Below, one piece after another: positions 26,759 to 36,931 of a stretch of 64,000 nt of DNA. Position 1 is the first letter of the stretch. Every line of letters begins with the position of its first letter. Made by a program: the position numbers and the translations under genes. Under the pieces are notes generated by a model. That model saw only the letters and a list, made by a program, of their open reading frames with translations, had not been told where the DNA came from and ran no database searches. The DNA is from an uncultured Pelagibacteraceae bacterium (GTDB taxonomy: Bacteria; Pseudomonadota; Alphaproteobacteria; Pelagibacterales; Pelagibacteraceae), in the NCBI GenBank assembly GCA_902627805.1, contig CACOKN010000004.1, positions 5,399-69,398 on the forward strand. The letters are read 5' to 3'.

Positions 26759-27586
26759 TTATTTCCATTTTGCTAACGGAGGTAATGACATCAAAATACC
26801 ATCAACATTTCCACCAGTTTGTAAACCAAATTTTGTTCCTCGGTCATAGAGTAAGTTAAACTCTGTATAGCGACCTCTTTTTATGAATTGTAATTCTTTA
26901 TGATTTTTGGTCCATTTTTTTCTCAATTTTTTTTTAATGATTTTTTGAAAAATAAATTGAAAAGTGATCCCAACATCTCTTACAAATTTAAAATCTTTTT
27001 CAAAATTACCTTTTTTATAATCAAAAAAAATTCCTCCAATACCTCTCGGTTCTTTCCTATGAGGTAAATAGAAATATTCATCACACCATTTCTTATATTT
27101 TGTATAATATTTCTTATTGTGTTGATCACACATTTTTTTTAAGGTTTTATGAAATTCTTTTTTTTCCTTATCATCTTTTATTGACGGGGTTACATCCATA
27201 CCACCACCAAACCAGTCCTGAGTTGTGCAGATATATCTTGTATTAAAATGCATGGCAGGGATCATGGGATTTTTCATATGCATTACAACTGAAATACCAG
27301 AAGCCCAAAAACTTGGATCTTTTTTTGCACCTAAAATATTTTTTTGAAATTGTTTTGGGAATCTTCCATAAACTTTAGAAAAATTTACTCCGACTTTATC
27401 AAATATTCTTCCATTTTCTAAAATTCTAAATTCTCCGCCTCCTTCATCTCTTTTTTTACTCCTGTTCCAAACAGTGATTTTAGTATCCGCATCTTTTGTT
27501 TCAAGGTTAATTATGCTATGCCAAATAGCTTTTTGTAGCATTTTGAACCAATTACTTGTGACATCTTTTTTAATTTCTAAATCCAT
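26759..27586 (-). CDS. hemF: oxygen-dependent coproporphyrinogen III oxidase
   Basis: 275 aa. GGGMDVTP, EPRGIGGIFFD and GRYTEFNLLYDRGTKFGL motifs. Confidence 0.9.
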   Translation of the reverse strand: MDLEIKKDVTSNWFKMLQKAIWHSIINLETKDADTKITVWNRSKKRDEGGGEFRILENGRIFDKVGVNFSKVYGRFPKQFQKNILGAKKDPSFWASGISVVMHMKNPMIPAMHFNTRYICTTQDWFGGGMDVTPSIKDDKEKKEFHKTLKKMCDQHNKKYYTKYKKWCDEYFYLPHRKEPRGIGGIFFDYKKGNFEKDFKFVRDVGITFQFIFQKIIKKKLRKKWTKNHKELQFIKRGRYTEFNLLYDRGTKFGLQTGGNVDGILMSLPPLAKWK

Positions 27587-27587
27587 A

Positions 27588-28061
27588 TTAGATTAATTTA
27601 GTTTGTTTTAAACTTTCTGCCAATATGATTGCAACTGAAGATGCGATATTAAGTGAGCGTTTATTGTTTTTCATAGGAATTTTGAGTCTATCTTTAATTT
27701 TTTTGTGAACCTCATTTGGAACCCCGGCACTTTCTCTGCCAAAAAGAATAGTATCATTTTTATTAAATTTAAATTTTGTGTAAGAAATAGACGCTTTTGT
27801 GGTCATTAGAACTATTCTTTGGTCTTTTTTTGATTTAAAAAAATCATCTGAGCTTTGATAGAATTTTAGGTCTTTTTCATTCATATAATCCATAACGACT
27901 CGCTTAAATCTTCTATCACTTAGCATAAACCCACAAGGCTCTATTATTTCAAGTTTTGCACCTAGGCACGCACAAGTTCTGATTATTGCTGCTGTATTTT
28001 GGGGTATGTCTGGTTCAAATAAAGCAATTTTAGGGCCATGATTTATCAAATTCTGTGTCAT
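27588..28061 (-). CDS. trmL: tRNA (cytidine/uridine-2'-O)-methyltransferase, SpoU/TrmL family
   Basis: 157 aa. LFGRESAGVP and SLNIASSVAI motifs. Confidence 0.8.
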   Translation of the reverse strand: MTQNLINHGPKIALFEPDIPQNTAAIIRTCACLGAKLEIIEPCGFMLSDRRFKRVVMDYMNEKDLKFYQSSDDFFKSKKDQRIVLMTTKASISYTKFKFNKNDTILFGRESAGVPNEVHKKIKDRLKIPMKNNKRSLNIASSVAIILAESLKQTKLI

Positions 28062-28151
28062 TCTTTCAGTAGTAAATTTATCATTTTATATTATATGAAA
28101 TCATATATTTAAGTAGAAAAAAGCAATATTGGGTATATTTAACTATTATTG

Positions 28152-28661
28152 ATGTCAGAAAAAAAAACTAATAGACGAGATTTCTTATTCACAGCAACTT
28201 ATGCAGTTGGTGCGGTTGGTGTTGGTGCAACAATATGGCCAATGATTGATCAGATGAACCCAGACGCATCAGTCAAAGCTTTAGCGAGCACCGAGGTTGA
28301 TGTAAGTGCGGTTAATCCTGGTAAAACAATTACAGTTTTATGGAGGGGTAAACCAGTTTTTATTCGTAGAAGAACACAAGATGAGATAGCTGAAGCAAGA
28401 TCTGTAAAGTTAGAAGATTTAAAGCACCCTGAAAAAGATGAGGATCGTGCAGCGAACCCCGAGTGGTTAGTCATGCTTGGAGTGTGCACTCACTTAGGCT
28501 GTGTTCCATTAGATCAAAAAGGTGAATACAATGGATGGTTTTGTCCGTGTCATGGCTCTCACTATGATATCTCTGGAAGAATTAGAAAGGGACCAGCTCC
28601 GACTAATATGGAGATTCCTAAATATGAATTTGTTAATGCTAATACAATTAAAATTGGATAA
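28152..28661 (+). CDS. petA: ubiquinol-cytochrome c reductase Rieske iron-sulfur subunit
   Basis: Tat-like NRRDFLF leader and Rieske boxes CTHLGC and [12 protein letters not shown] at 28152; the track starts at TTG 28149. Confidence 0.9.
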   Translation: MSEKKTNRRDFLFTATYAVGAVGVGATIWPMIDQMNPDASVKALASTEVDVSAVNPGKTITVLWRGKPVFIRRRTQDEIAEARSVKLEDLKHPEKDEDRAANPEWLVMLGVCTHLGCVPLDQKGEYNGWFCPCHGSHYDISGRIRKGPAPTNMEIPKYEFVNANTIKIG

Positions 28662-28666
28662 TTATT

Positions 28667-29929
28667 ATGAGTGATCACGAATATACACCGAAATCAAAAT
28701 TTGGAAAATGGTTTAATGATCGTTTGCCATTATTAACTCTTGCAAATCACTTAACTGATTATCCGACACCTAAAAATTTAAATTATTGGTGGACATTTGG
28801 TGGAATATTAACTTTTTGTTTGATTACTCAAATTGTAACGGGTTTAGTTCTTGCAATGCATTATATTGCGCATGCTGATATGGCTTTTGATAGTGTCGAG
28901 CATATTATGAGGGATGTTAATTATGGTTGGTTAATTAGATACATTCATGCAAATGGTGCTTCAATGTTTTTTTTGGCTGTTTATATTCATATATTTAGAT
29001 CGTTATTTTATGGTTCTTACAAAGCTCCTAGAGAAATAATTTGGATAATAGGTATCATTATTTATTTATTAATGATGGCAGCTGCATTTTTGGGTTATGT
29101 ACTTCCATGGGGCCAAATGAGTTTCTGGGGCGCAACTGTAATTACAAATCTATTTAGTGCAATTCCTTTAGTGGGTGAGGGTATTGTCACTTGGTTATGG
29201 GGAGGTTACTCGGTCGATAATCCTACTTTAACAAGATTTTTTACACTTCACTACCTAATACCTTTTTTAATTTTAGGTTTAGTTGTTCTTCACATATGGG
29301 CACTTCATGTACCTGGAAATAATAATCCAGTTGGAATTGACATTAAAAAACCTTCAAAAGATACAGTACCATTCCATCCATACATTGTAATAAAAGATGG
29401 TTTTGCTTTACTAATGTTTATGATTGTTTTTGCATTTTTTGTTTTTTACACGCCAAATATTTTAGGTCATGCAGATAATTATATTGAGGCTAATCCATTA
29501 GTTACTCCGGCACATATTGTTCCAGAATGGTATTTATTACCATTTTATGCAATTTTAAGATCGGTCCCAGATAAACTTTTAGGAGTAGTTGCAATGTTAT
29601 CTGCTATTTTAATTTTAGCAGCTCTTCCATGGCTTGATACTTCAAAAATTAGATCAGCAGTATTTAGACCTTTGTATAGACAATTTTATTGGATCCTTGT
29701 CGCTGATGTTTTGATCCTTGGATATGTGGGTGCTATGCCAGCTGAGGGATTATATCTGTTAGTTGCTAGAGTGGCTACAGCATATTATTTTTTACACTTT
29801 TTAGTGATACTTCCGGTTTTAGGCTGGAAAGAAAAAACTCTCCCAATCCCATTAAGTATTACCGAACCGATATTAGGTGGTTCGCCTAATTTAGCTACAG
29901 CAAAAAATAAGGAAAGTTTGAATAAATAA
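28667..29929 (+). CDS. petB: cytochrome b
   Basis: 420 aa. [20 protein letters not shown] and [13 protein letters not shown] motifs. Confidence 0.95.
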   Translation: MSDHEYTPKSKFGKWFNDRLPLLTLANHLTDYPTPKNLNYWWTFGGILTFCLITQIVTGLVLAMHYIAHADMAFDSVEHIMRDVNYGWLIRYIHANGASMFFLAVYIHIFRSLFYGSYKAPREIIWIIGIIIYLLMMAAAFLGYVLPWGQMSFWGATVITNLFSAIPLVGEGIVTWLWGGYSVDNPTLTRFFTLHYLIPFLILGLVVLHIWALHVPGNNNPVGIDIKKPSKDTVPFHPYIVIKDGFALLMFMIVFAFFVFYTPNILGHADNYIEANPLVTPAHIVPEWYLLPFYAILRSVPDKLLGVVAMLSAILILAALPWLDTSKIRSAVFRPLYRQFYWILVADVLILGYVGAMPAEGLYLLVARVATAYYFLHFLVILPVLGWKEKTLPIPLSITEPILGGSPNLATAKNKESLNK

Positions 29930-30709
29930 GTGAAAAATTTTTTTAAAATATTTTCATTTATTATCTTATTTTCTGGACTTTCATTGAGCACTCAAGCTGC
30001 AGAAAAAGTTGAATATTTAAAAACTGATTGGAGCTTTAAAGGACTTTTTGGAAAGTTTGATCGAGCTGCACTTCAAAGAGGTTATCAAGTCTACACAGAG
30101 GTATGTTCTTCTTGTCATTCGATGAAATATTTAAGTTATAGAAATTTAGCCGAAAAAGGGGGACCAGAATTTTCTATAGAGCAAGCAAAAGCTATTGCTG
30201 CATCTTTTGAGGTCAAAGATGGACCTAATTCAGATGGTGATATGTTTACTCGTCCGGGCAGATTATCAGATAAGTTTGTAATGCCCTATGATAATGTTCA
30301 AGCTGCTCAAGCAGCAAATGGAGGTGCTTATCCACCAGATATGTCTGTATTAGTTAAAGCAAGAGGAGGTGGGGTAGATTATATTTACTCATTGCTTCAA
30401 GGATATGAAGACCCACCAGCTGGAGTTACTTTAGATGATGGTGTTTATTATAATAAATACATGTATGGGAATAAAATAAAAATGGCTAATCAGTTATCAG
30501 ATGGATTAGTAGAATACTCTGATGGTACAATAGCCTCTGTTGAACAAATGTCAAAAGATGTAACAACATTCTTAATGTGGTCAGCTGAACCCCATTTAGA
30601 GTCAAGACATCGAATGGGTTTTAAAGCTATCGTGTATTTAATTATATTAACAATCCTAGTTTATTTTAGTATGAAAAAAATATGGTCACGTATTGAAACG
30701 GAAGTTTAA
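29930..30709 (+). CDS. petC: cytochrome c1
   Basis: 259 aa. Signal peptide, haem motif CSSCHS, PPDMS and a C-terminal TM anchor. GTG start directly after the petB TAA. Confidence 0.9.
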   Translation: MKNFFKIFSFIILFSGLSLSTQAAEKVEYLKTDWSFKGLFGKFDRAALQRGYQVYTEVCSSCHSMKYLSYRNLAEKGGPEFSIEQAKAIAASFEVKDGPNSDGDMFTRPGRLSDKFVMPYDNVQAAQAANGGAYPPDMSVLVKARGGGVDYIYSLLQGYEDPPAGVTLDDGVYYNKYMYGNKIKMANQLSDGLVEYSDGTIASVEQMSKDVTTFLMWSAEPHLESRHRMGFKAIVYLIILTILVYFSMKKIWSRIETEV

Positions 30710-31759
30710 AACGTCCCCATCTTTAACTATATAATCTTTTCCCTCTAACCTCATTTTTCCATTATTTTTTGAATTTACCCAACCATCATTAGATATGAAA
30801 TCATCGTAAGAAATAGTTTCGGCCCGAATAAATCCTTTTTCAAAATCAGTATGGATTTCACCTGCAGCTTTTGGAGCGGTACAATTTTTTTCAATTGTCC
30901 ATGCTCGAGTTTCTTCGGGTCCAGATGTAAAGTATGTATCTAGGTCGAGAATTTCGTAACCTTTCTTAATTAGTTTATTCAATCCTGTTTCCTTTAATCC
31001 AATCATTTCCATATAATTTTTTTTCTCATTATTATCCAATTCATTTATTTGATTTTCTATGTCTGCAGAAACGATTAAAGTATTGTTGTTTCCATACTTA
31101 TCAATAAATAATTGAGTGTAATTATTTCCACTCTGAACACTTTGCTCATCAACGTTACAAACAAAAATTTTAGGTTTGAGTGATAATAACTCAGATTGGT
31201 TAAGTTGCTTTTTATTAAATTGAGTTTTTAAATCATCAAAACTTTTATTATTATTTAAACAATCCATAGCTATTTCAAGAATTTTGATTTGATCCTCATC
31301 AACATTTTTTTTGTTATTTTTTTCTAACCTCTTTTGAATAGATTCAAGATCTGCAAGCATCATCTCAGTTTCTATAATTTCTATATCTCTTACCGGGTCA
31401 ACAGAAGGGTTAACATTTTGAATATCATTAGAGTCAAAGCATCTGATCATGTGAATAATTGCATCGACTTCCCTTATATGAGAAAGAAATTTATTACCCA
31501 AACCTTCACCTTTAGATGCTCCTTTTACCAGTCCAGCAATATCAACAAAAGATATAGTGGTATTGATTATTTTTTTTGATTTTGAAATTTTAGCTAAATT
31601 ATTTAATCTTTCATCAGGCACTATTACAACTCCAATATTTGGATCAATTGTACAAAAAGGAAAATTAGCTGCCTGTGCCTTACTGGAATTGGTTAGTGCA
31701 TTGAAAAGAGTTGATTTACCAACATTAGGTAATCCAACGATCCCACATTTAAAACTCAT
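30686..31759 (-). CDS. ychF: redox-regulated ATPase YchF
   Basis: 357 aa. GIVGLPNVGKSTLFNALT P-loop and TGS-like C-terminus. Confidence 0.9.
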   Translation of the reverse strand: MSFKCGIVGLPNVGKSTLFNALTNSSKAQAANFPFCTIDPNIGVVIVPDERLNNLAKISKSKKIINTTISFVDIAGLVKGASKGEGLGNKFLSHIREVDAIIHMIRCFDSNDIQNVNPSVDPVRDIEIIETEMMLADLESIQKRLEKNNKKNVDEDQIKILEIAMDCLNNNKSFDDLKTQFNKKQLNQSELLSLKPKIFVCNVDEQSVQSGNNYTQLFIDKYGNNNTLIVSADIENQINELDNNEKKNYMEMIGLKETGLNKLIKKGYEILDLDTYFTSGPEETRAWTIEKNCTAPKAAGEIHTDFEKGFIRAETISYDDFISNDGWVNSKNNGKMRLEGKDYIVKDGDVLNFRFNT

Positions 31760-32319
31760 TATTTATTATTTACTGTGCTTGAAAATAAATCTAATTTTTT
31801 TTCTACAAGTATTGAAAGTGATTCAGTTATATTTTTGGATATTTTTTCTACACCCATGATTTCTTCATCATCAAAATTTTGCAAAACGTAATCAGATACT
31901 TCAAAGGGTCCTTTTGGTTTACCTATACCTATTCTAACTCTTGAGTAATCTTTTCCAATAAATTTATCAATAGAAGATATTCCATTGTGACCAGCGCTTG
32001 ATCCACCAAATTTCACTTTTATTTTTCCAAATTCAACATCAAGATCATCATGAAAAACAATTACATTTTCAGGTTCAATTTTAAAATATTCAATTAGTTC
32101 TCTAATGCATATTCCAGAGTTATTCATAAAAGTTAAGGGCTTAATGGCATAAACTTTTTTACTATCAATATTTCCAGTTGTTAATAAACCTTTGAATTTT
32201 GGTTTTTGTTTTGTAAGCCCAAATTTTTTATTGATGGAGTCTATAATCTTAAACCCCACATTATGTCTATTATTTTCACTATTTGGAGTTGGGTTACCTA
32301 AACCTACAAATAAAAGCAT
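31759..32319 (-). CDS. pth: peptidyl-tRNA hydrolase
   Basis: 186 aa. VGLGNP...RHNVGF and GGSSAGHNG motifs. Confidence 0.9.
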   Translation of the reverse strand: MLLFVGLGNPTPNSENNRHNVGFKIIDSINKKFGLTKQKPKFKGLLTTGNIDSKKVYAIKPLTFMNNSGICIRELIEYFKIEPENVIVFHDDLDVEFGKIKVKFGGSSAGHNGISSIDKFIGKDYSRVRIGIGKPKGPFEVSDYVLQNFDDEEIMGVEKISKNITESLSILVEKKLDLFSSTVNNK

Positions 32320-32353
32320 AAACTATTAAAATTAGTGTTTCAAATTTAGTGGA

Positions 32354-33082
32354 TTATTTTTTTTCTTCTGGAGCTTTTTTGTCTGCAGGTTTTTTATCGT
32401 CACCCTCTTTTTTATCGCCATCTGCAGCTGATTTATCTCCTTCAGCTGCTGCTGCTTCTGCTCCTTCAGCACTTTCCTCACCCTCTGCAGCTTCTGCCTC
32501 TGCTGGTTTTTCTGGCTCTTTCATTACTGTCGGTGCCGCTAAGGTTGCAATTACGAAATCTCTTCCTTGAATAGTTGGTGTTACTTCCGCATCTAGTTTA
32601 ACTGAAGAAATTTTAAAACTTGACCCGATATCTATACCATCTAAATCTAAAGTAATACTTTCAGGTATTTTTTCACTTGGACATTTTAATTCAACTTTTC
32701 TTCTTACAATGTTAAGCACCCCACCTCTTTTTAAACCTGGAGATTTTTCATGATTAATAAAATTAACTGGAACTTCAATTTTAATTTTTACTCCAGGAAG
32801 AACTCTCAGAAAATCTACATGAGTAGGTTCATCACTTATGATGTGATATTTTACCTCTCTAGGTAATACATTTTGAGATTTTCCATCTACATTTAAAGTA
32901 ATAATGTTTGATAAAAAGTTATCTTTATCAATCAAGTTTTTTAATAATTTCTTTGATATAGAAACTTTTTGATTTTGATCCTTACCTCCATAGATAATTC
33001 CCGGAACACCACCATCATTCCTAATAGCATTAAGTTGACCTTTGGTTTTGTTATTTCTGATCTTAGCTTCTAAAGAATTCAT
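32354..33082 (-). CDS. rplY: 50S ribosomal protein L25/Ctc with an Ala/Glu/Lys-rich C-terminal tail
   Basis: 242 aa. GGVPGIIYGG motif and the pth-rplY-prs context. The low-complexity tail is encoded by a locally GC-rich stretch. Confidence 0.85.
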   Translation of the reverse strand: MNSLEAKIRNNKTKGQLNAIRNDGGVPGIIYGGKDQNQKVSISKKLLKNLIDKDNFLSNIITLNVDGKSQNVLPREVKYHIISDEPTHVDFLRVLPGVKIKIEVPVNFINHEKSPGLKRGGVLNIVRRKVELKCPSEKIPESITLDLDGIDIGSSFKISSVKLDAEVTPTIQGRDFVIATLAAPTVMKEPEKPAEAEAAEGEESAEGAEAAAAEGDKSAADGDKKEGDDKKPADKKAPEEKK

Positions 33083-33125
33083 AAAACAGAGGTTTTTAAC
33101 CCATGTTCACAAATAATCAAGGTAA

Positions 33126-34058
33126 TTATTTGAATAAATCTGAAACTGATGTCGAATTAGAAATTCTTTTTATAGCTTCTCCCATAAGGGCAGAAATGGG
33201 TAAAACTTCTATGTTTTTAACATTTTTTGTTTTTTCGCTGTTATCTATCGTGTCTGTAATAACTAAATTTTTAATAACTGAATTTTTAATTTTTTTAACT
33301 GCGTCTCCAGTTAATACTCCATGAGTAATATAAACATAAACTTCTTTAGCACCCCTTTGTTTTAATGCCTTAGCGGCATTGACAATAGTGCCACCAGAGT
33401 CAATTATATCGTCAACTAAGATACATGTTTTACCTTTTACATCCCCAATAATATTCATTACTTGTGATTGACCAGGTTTTGGTCTTCTCTTATCAACAAT
33501 AGCCAAACCAATATTTAAAATTTTACCAAGTGCTCTCGCTCGCTCCGTACCACCGACATCCGGTGCAACACAGATTAAATTTTTATTTTTGATCTTTTTT
33601 TTAACATGTCGTGCAAAGATTGGAGTAGAAAAAAGGTTATCTACAGGAATATCAAAAAAACCTTGAATTTGACCAGCATGAAGATCAACTGTCACAACTC
33701 TATCTGCTCCTGCTTTAGTTATTAAATTTGAGACAAGCTTTGCTGATATAGATGTTCTTGGAACAACTTTTCTATCTTGTCTTGCATAACCAAAATAAGG
33801 AATTACAGCAGTTATATTTTTTGCTGATGATCTTTTTAAAGCATCAATACATAATAATAATTCCATTAAATTATCATTAGCTGGTGAAGAAATAGATTGA
33901 ATTATAAAAATGCTATTACCTCTTATGTTTTCATTTATTTCGATGTAAATTTCACCATCTGCAAATTTTCTTATACTAGAATTGACAAGTTTAGATTTTA
34001 AATATTTAGCGATGTTTTTACTTAGGATTTTATTACTATTTCCAGTTAATAATTTCAT
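33126..34058 (-). CDS. prs: ribose-phosphate pyrophosphokinase
   Basis: 310 aa. [21 protein letters not shown] and [12 protein letters not shown] motifs. Confidence 0.95.
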   Translation of the reverse strand: MKLLTGNSNKILSKNIAKYLKSKLVNSSIRKFADGEIYIEINENIRGNSIFIIQSISSPANDNLMELLLCIDALKRSSAKNITAVIPYFGYARQDRKVVPRTSISAKLVSNLITKAGADRVVTVDLHAGQIQGFFDIPVDNLFSTPIFARHVKKKIKNKNLICVAPDVGGTERARALGKILNIGLAIVDKRRPKPGQSQVMNIIGDVKGKTCILVDDIIDSGGTIVNAAKALKQRGAKEVYVYITHGVLTGDAVKKIKNSVIKNLVITDTIDNSEKTKNVKNIEVLPISALMGEAIKRISNSTSVSDLFK

Positions 34059-34065
34059 GAAAAGT

Positions 34066-34824
34066 TTAATTAATCATAATTATTGAAATATTTCTACCAT
34101 AATCATTTAGATTTAATTTTAACGATCTTCTTGCACTAAAAAAATTATTTTTTTTATCAAATGTATCAATTTTAATCATATCAATACTATTGATTTTTTG
34201 TGATTTAAGTTGAGATTTAACATAATTTGGTAAATCAAAATAAATTAGCCCGTTTTTACTTTTAAAAAAAATTTTGTTTTTTTTGTGTTTTTTAATAAAT
34301 TTCTTTTTAAAGTCAGCTTTTACCTCATAGTTTTTTTGAGTAATTGATGGACCAATCGCTCCAATAATATTTTTTGGATTACACCCTTTTTTAAGCATAA
34401 AATTAATAACATTTTTGATTATTCCTCTATATGCACCTTTCCAACCGGCATGTATAGCCGCTACGATTTTCATTTTACAATCATATAACAAAACTGGTAC
34501 GCAATCAGCAGTCAATACAGCTATCGGAAGTTTTTTTTGATTAGTTATAATTGCGTCAGCTTTAATTTTTTTTTTTAATTTAGAATTTTCATTAAGAAAA
34601 ACCAACTTATTGCTATGTGCTTGATGAACTAAATAAATATTTTTTGTTTTCTTTCCAATTTTATCTTTGACAATTTTTAAATTTTTTAAAATGTTATTTT
34701 TGTTATCATGAGAACCAGGACCACAATTTAGACTTTTATATATTCCTTTTGATTTACCTCCATTTTTATTAAAAAAACCATGACTTATATTTTTGTTTTT
34801 TAATAATTTTCGAGAAGTAATCAG
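34066..34824 (-). CDS. YfiH/PgeF (DUF152, laccase-domain) purine nucleoside phosphorylase family protein; start codon uncertain
   Basis: The track ORF (TTG 34605) lacks the family N-terminus. The same frame stays open up to 34833 and encodes [28 protein letters not shown]...LVHQAHSNK, the conserved HGF..R.GG.S..Y.SLN / Q.H motifs. The only start candidates are CTG 34824 and ATT 34821. Confidence 0.7.
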   Translation of the reverse strand: MITSRKLLKNKNISHGFFNKNGGKSKGIYKSLNCGPGSHDNKNNILKNLKIVKDKIGKKTKNIYLVHQAHSNKLVFLNENSKLKKKIKADAIITNQKKLPIAVLTADCVPVLLYDCKMKIVAAIHAGWKGAYRGIIKNVINFMLKKGCNPKNIIGAIGPSITQKNYEVKADFKKKFIKKHKKNKIFFKSKNGLIYFDLPNYVKSQLKSQKINSIDMIKIDTFDKKNNFFSARRSLKLNLNDYGRNISIIMIN

Positions 34825-34825
34825 A

Positions 34826-35869
34826 TCAAAATCCTAAATTAAAATTGTTTTTTTGATTTTTTATTAACATAACTTTAAACAATTTTCCCATTTGTTTATC
34901 ATCTGTTAATCTTTTCAATCTGTAATAAATATCTGCTTTTTTTAAAAAATTTTGATTTCTTGCAATCATCTCAGCTCTTTCTTGAATACCCATTTTTGTA
35001 AGAAATTCTTTTTGTGTTGTTAAACAATGCTTTAATCCACCCAGTTTCTTGATTATTTTTTCAAATAATCGGAAATTAATATTATGCGTGATATCGGAAC
35101 TCCCAATTTTAGCTAAAATATCTGAATATTTGTGTTTATATGATGCTTGTAAAGTATTTTTCATTTTATCTTCATTATATCCATAATCTATGATTAAAAC
35201 TCCTCCAGATCTCACTTTGATTATTTTTGAAATTTGTTTCAGATAATTAATACCAAGTTCTGAATATTCTATAAAATTCTGATTTTTAGATATTTTAAAA
35301 TTAATCTTTTTTTCATAATTTTTCATATTAATCTTTTTTTCTGAGAAAAATGTTGTTTTTTTGTTTGAACTAACAAATTTTTCAAACCATAGATTTCCTT
35401 TTTTTTGAAATTGTTTAATTGCAAGTGCATCAAAAAATTCATTTGCAACAAATATACTGGGAATTTTTTTAATTTTTTTTAAATCGTTTATCCAATTTAC
35501 ATTTGAATTTAATAATTCTTTTTTTTGTATCTTCTTTAAAGTAGGACTTATTTCATAAATTACCAACCTGCAGGATTTGAAAAACGATGGAAACTTTTTA
35601 AAACTTTCTATAAGAATTTTCATCATTGCAGCATTTCCTGCTCCAAGTTCGATTAAGTTGAATTCTTTTGGTGACCCTATACTTTTCCAAAAACTTACAA
35701 CCCAAATAGAAATCATTTCAGAAAATAATCTTGATACATTAGGAGCTGTAATAAAATCTCCTTGTCTGCCGAATGGATTTTTTTTTATGTAGTACCCAGA
35801 CTTTTTATTATACAGAGAGATATTGATAAACTTGTCTAAGGGTAAATTAACTATTTTGTCTGTTTTCAT
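34826..35869 (-). CDS. MidA/NDUFAF7-family SAM-dependent methyltransferase (DUF185)
   Basis: 347 aa. GDFITAPNVSRLFSEMI and LIELGAGNAAMM motifs. Confidence 0.75.
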   Translation of the reverse strand: MKTDKIVNLPLDKFINISLYNKKSGYYIKKNPFGRQGDFITAPNVSRLFSEMISIWVVSFWKSIGSPKEFNLIELGAGNAAMMKILIESFKKFPSFFKSCRLVIYEISPTLKKIQKKELLNSNVNWINDLKKIKKIPSIFVANEFFDALAIKQFQKKGNLWFEKFVSSNKKTTFFSEKKINMKNYEKKINFKISKNQNFIEYSELGINYLKQISKIIKVRSGGVLIIDYGYNEDKMKNTLQASYKHKYSDILAKIGSSDITHNINFRLFEKIIKKLGGLKHCLTTQKEFLTKMGIQERAEMIARNQNFLKKADIYYRLKRLTDDKQMGKLFKVMLIKNQKNNFNLGF

Positions 35870-36629
35870 ACTTAGAGATTAATAAATAAAATCCGATTAT
35901 TAAAAAAAAGATACTTATAAGTTGTCCCATAGTTAAATTAAATAATAAATAGCCCAGTTGGTCATCAGGAACTCTTAAAAACTCAATTACAAATCTAAAA
36001 ATTGAGTAAAAAACTAAAAATATACCAGAGATAAAACCAGGTCTTTTGGAGAAATTCTTGTCTTTGAAATATAGTAGAACTAAAAATAGAACTATACCCT
36101 CAAAAAATGCTTCATATAACTGAGTGGGATGTCGATATAAATTATCTATTTGTGTAAATTGGACTGCCCAAACAACATTTGTTTCGATACCATAAAGTTC
36201 TGAATTTATAAAATTTGCTATTCTGCCAAAAAAAATACCTATGGGTGCAACAAAAGACACAATATCTAAATAACTAAATGAACTTTGTGAATTTCTTTTC
36301 CCAAAAAGGTAACTTGCAATTATGATCCCTATAACTCCCCCATGAAATGACATACCACCTTGCCAAATTTTTAAGATATCCAATAAATTATTGATATAAA
36401 ATTCAAAGTTATAAAATATAACATAACCTAATCTGCCACCAATAATTAAACCTAAAATTAGATAAGTTAAATAATCGTCAAATTTTTCTTTTATTTTTAG
36501 TTCAGAAATAAAAAATTTTTTACTTAAAAACCACCCTAATAAAATACCAACAATATAAGCTAGGGAATACCATCTAATCTCAAATGAAAAAATTTGAAAT
36601 GCGACTGGGTCAAAATTATTAATGAACAT
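35847..36629 (-). CDS. lgt: prolipoprotein diacylglyceryl transferase
   Basis: DPVAFQI..FEIRWYSLAY, GGRLGYV, HGGVIG and HPTQLYE motifs. ATG 36629 gives the usual N-terminus; the track ORF extends to 36692. Confidence 0.85.
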   Translation of the reverse strand: MFINNFDPVAFQIFSFEIRWYSLAYIVGILLGWFLSKKFFISELKIKEKFDDYLTYLILGLIIGGRLGYVIFYNFEFYINNLLDILKIWQGGMSFHGGVIGIIIASYLFGKRNSQSSFSYLDIVSFVAPIGIFFGRIANFINSELYGIETNVVWAVQFTQIDNLYRHPTQLYEAFFEGIVLFLVLLYFKDKNFSKRPGFISGIFLVFYSIFRFVIEFLRVPDDQLGYLLFNLTMGQLISIFFLIIGFYLLISKYENRQNS

Positions 36630-36679
36630 TTTTATTTTTAAATATAAGTTATAATTATAATAAGTTATTAAATTAATAT

Positions 36680-36931
36680 ATGAAAAACTCAAATTTTGTA
36701 ATTGAAAAACTTGCTAAATTATTTGAACAAGGCTTAGTATCATCAAAAGATATAGCTAATGAAATTATGACTATTTTAAAATCTAAAAGAGATGAAATAG
36801 TTTTTAAAATGAAGTTAACAAGTAAAGATGAGTTTGAAGTTCTTTCAAAAAGAGTTGAAAATTTAGAAAAAAAAATTGATCAATTAAAATCTACAAAAAA
36901 AAAGAAAATTAAAAAGGCAAAAAGATCTTAG
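36680..36931 (+). CDS. small coiled-coil protein, UbiK/YqiC (BMFP)-like
   Basis: 83 aa. SKDEFEVLSKRVENLEKKIDQL resembles the UbiK-family heptad core. The assignment is from memory. Confidence 0.4.
   Translation: MKNSNFVIEKLAKLFEQGLVSSKDIANEIMTILKSKRDEIVFKMKLTSKDEFEVLSKRVENLEKKIDQLKSTKKKKIKKAKRS

Noticed and set aside
32349-32570. A 73-aa Ser/Ala/Pro-rich plus-strand ORF in a locally GC-rich stretch.
   Set aside because: It is the antisense reading of the Ala/Glu/Lys-rich C-terminal tail of ribosomal protein L25. The GC-richness is explained by GCx and GAR codons of that tail.
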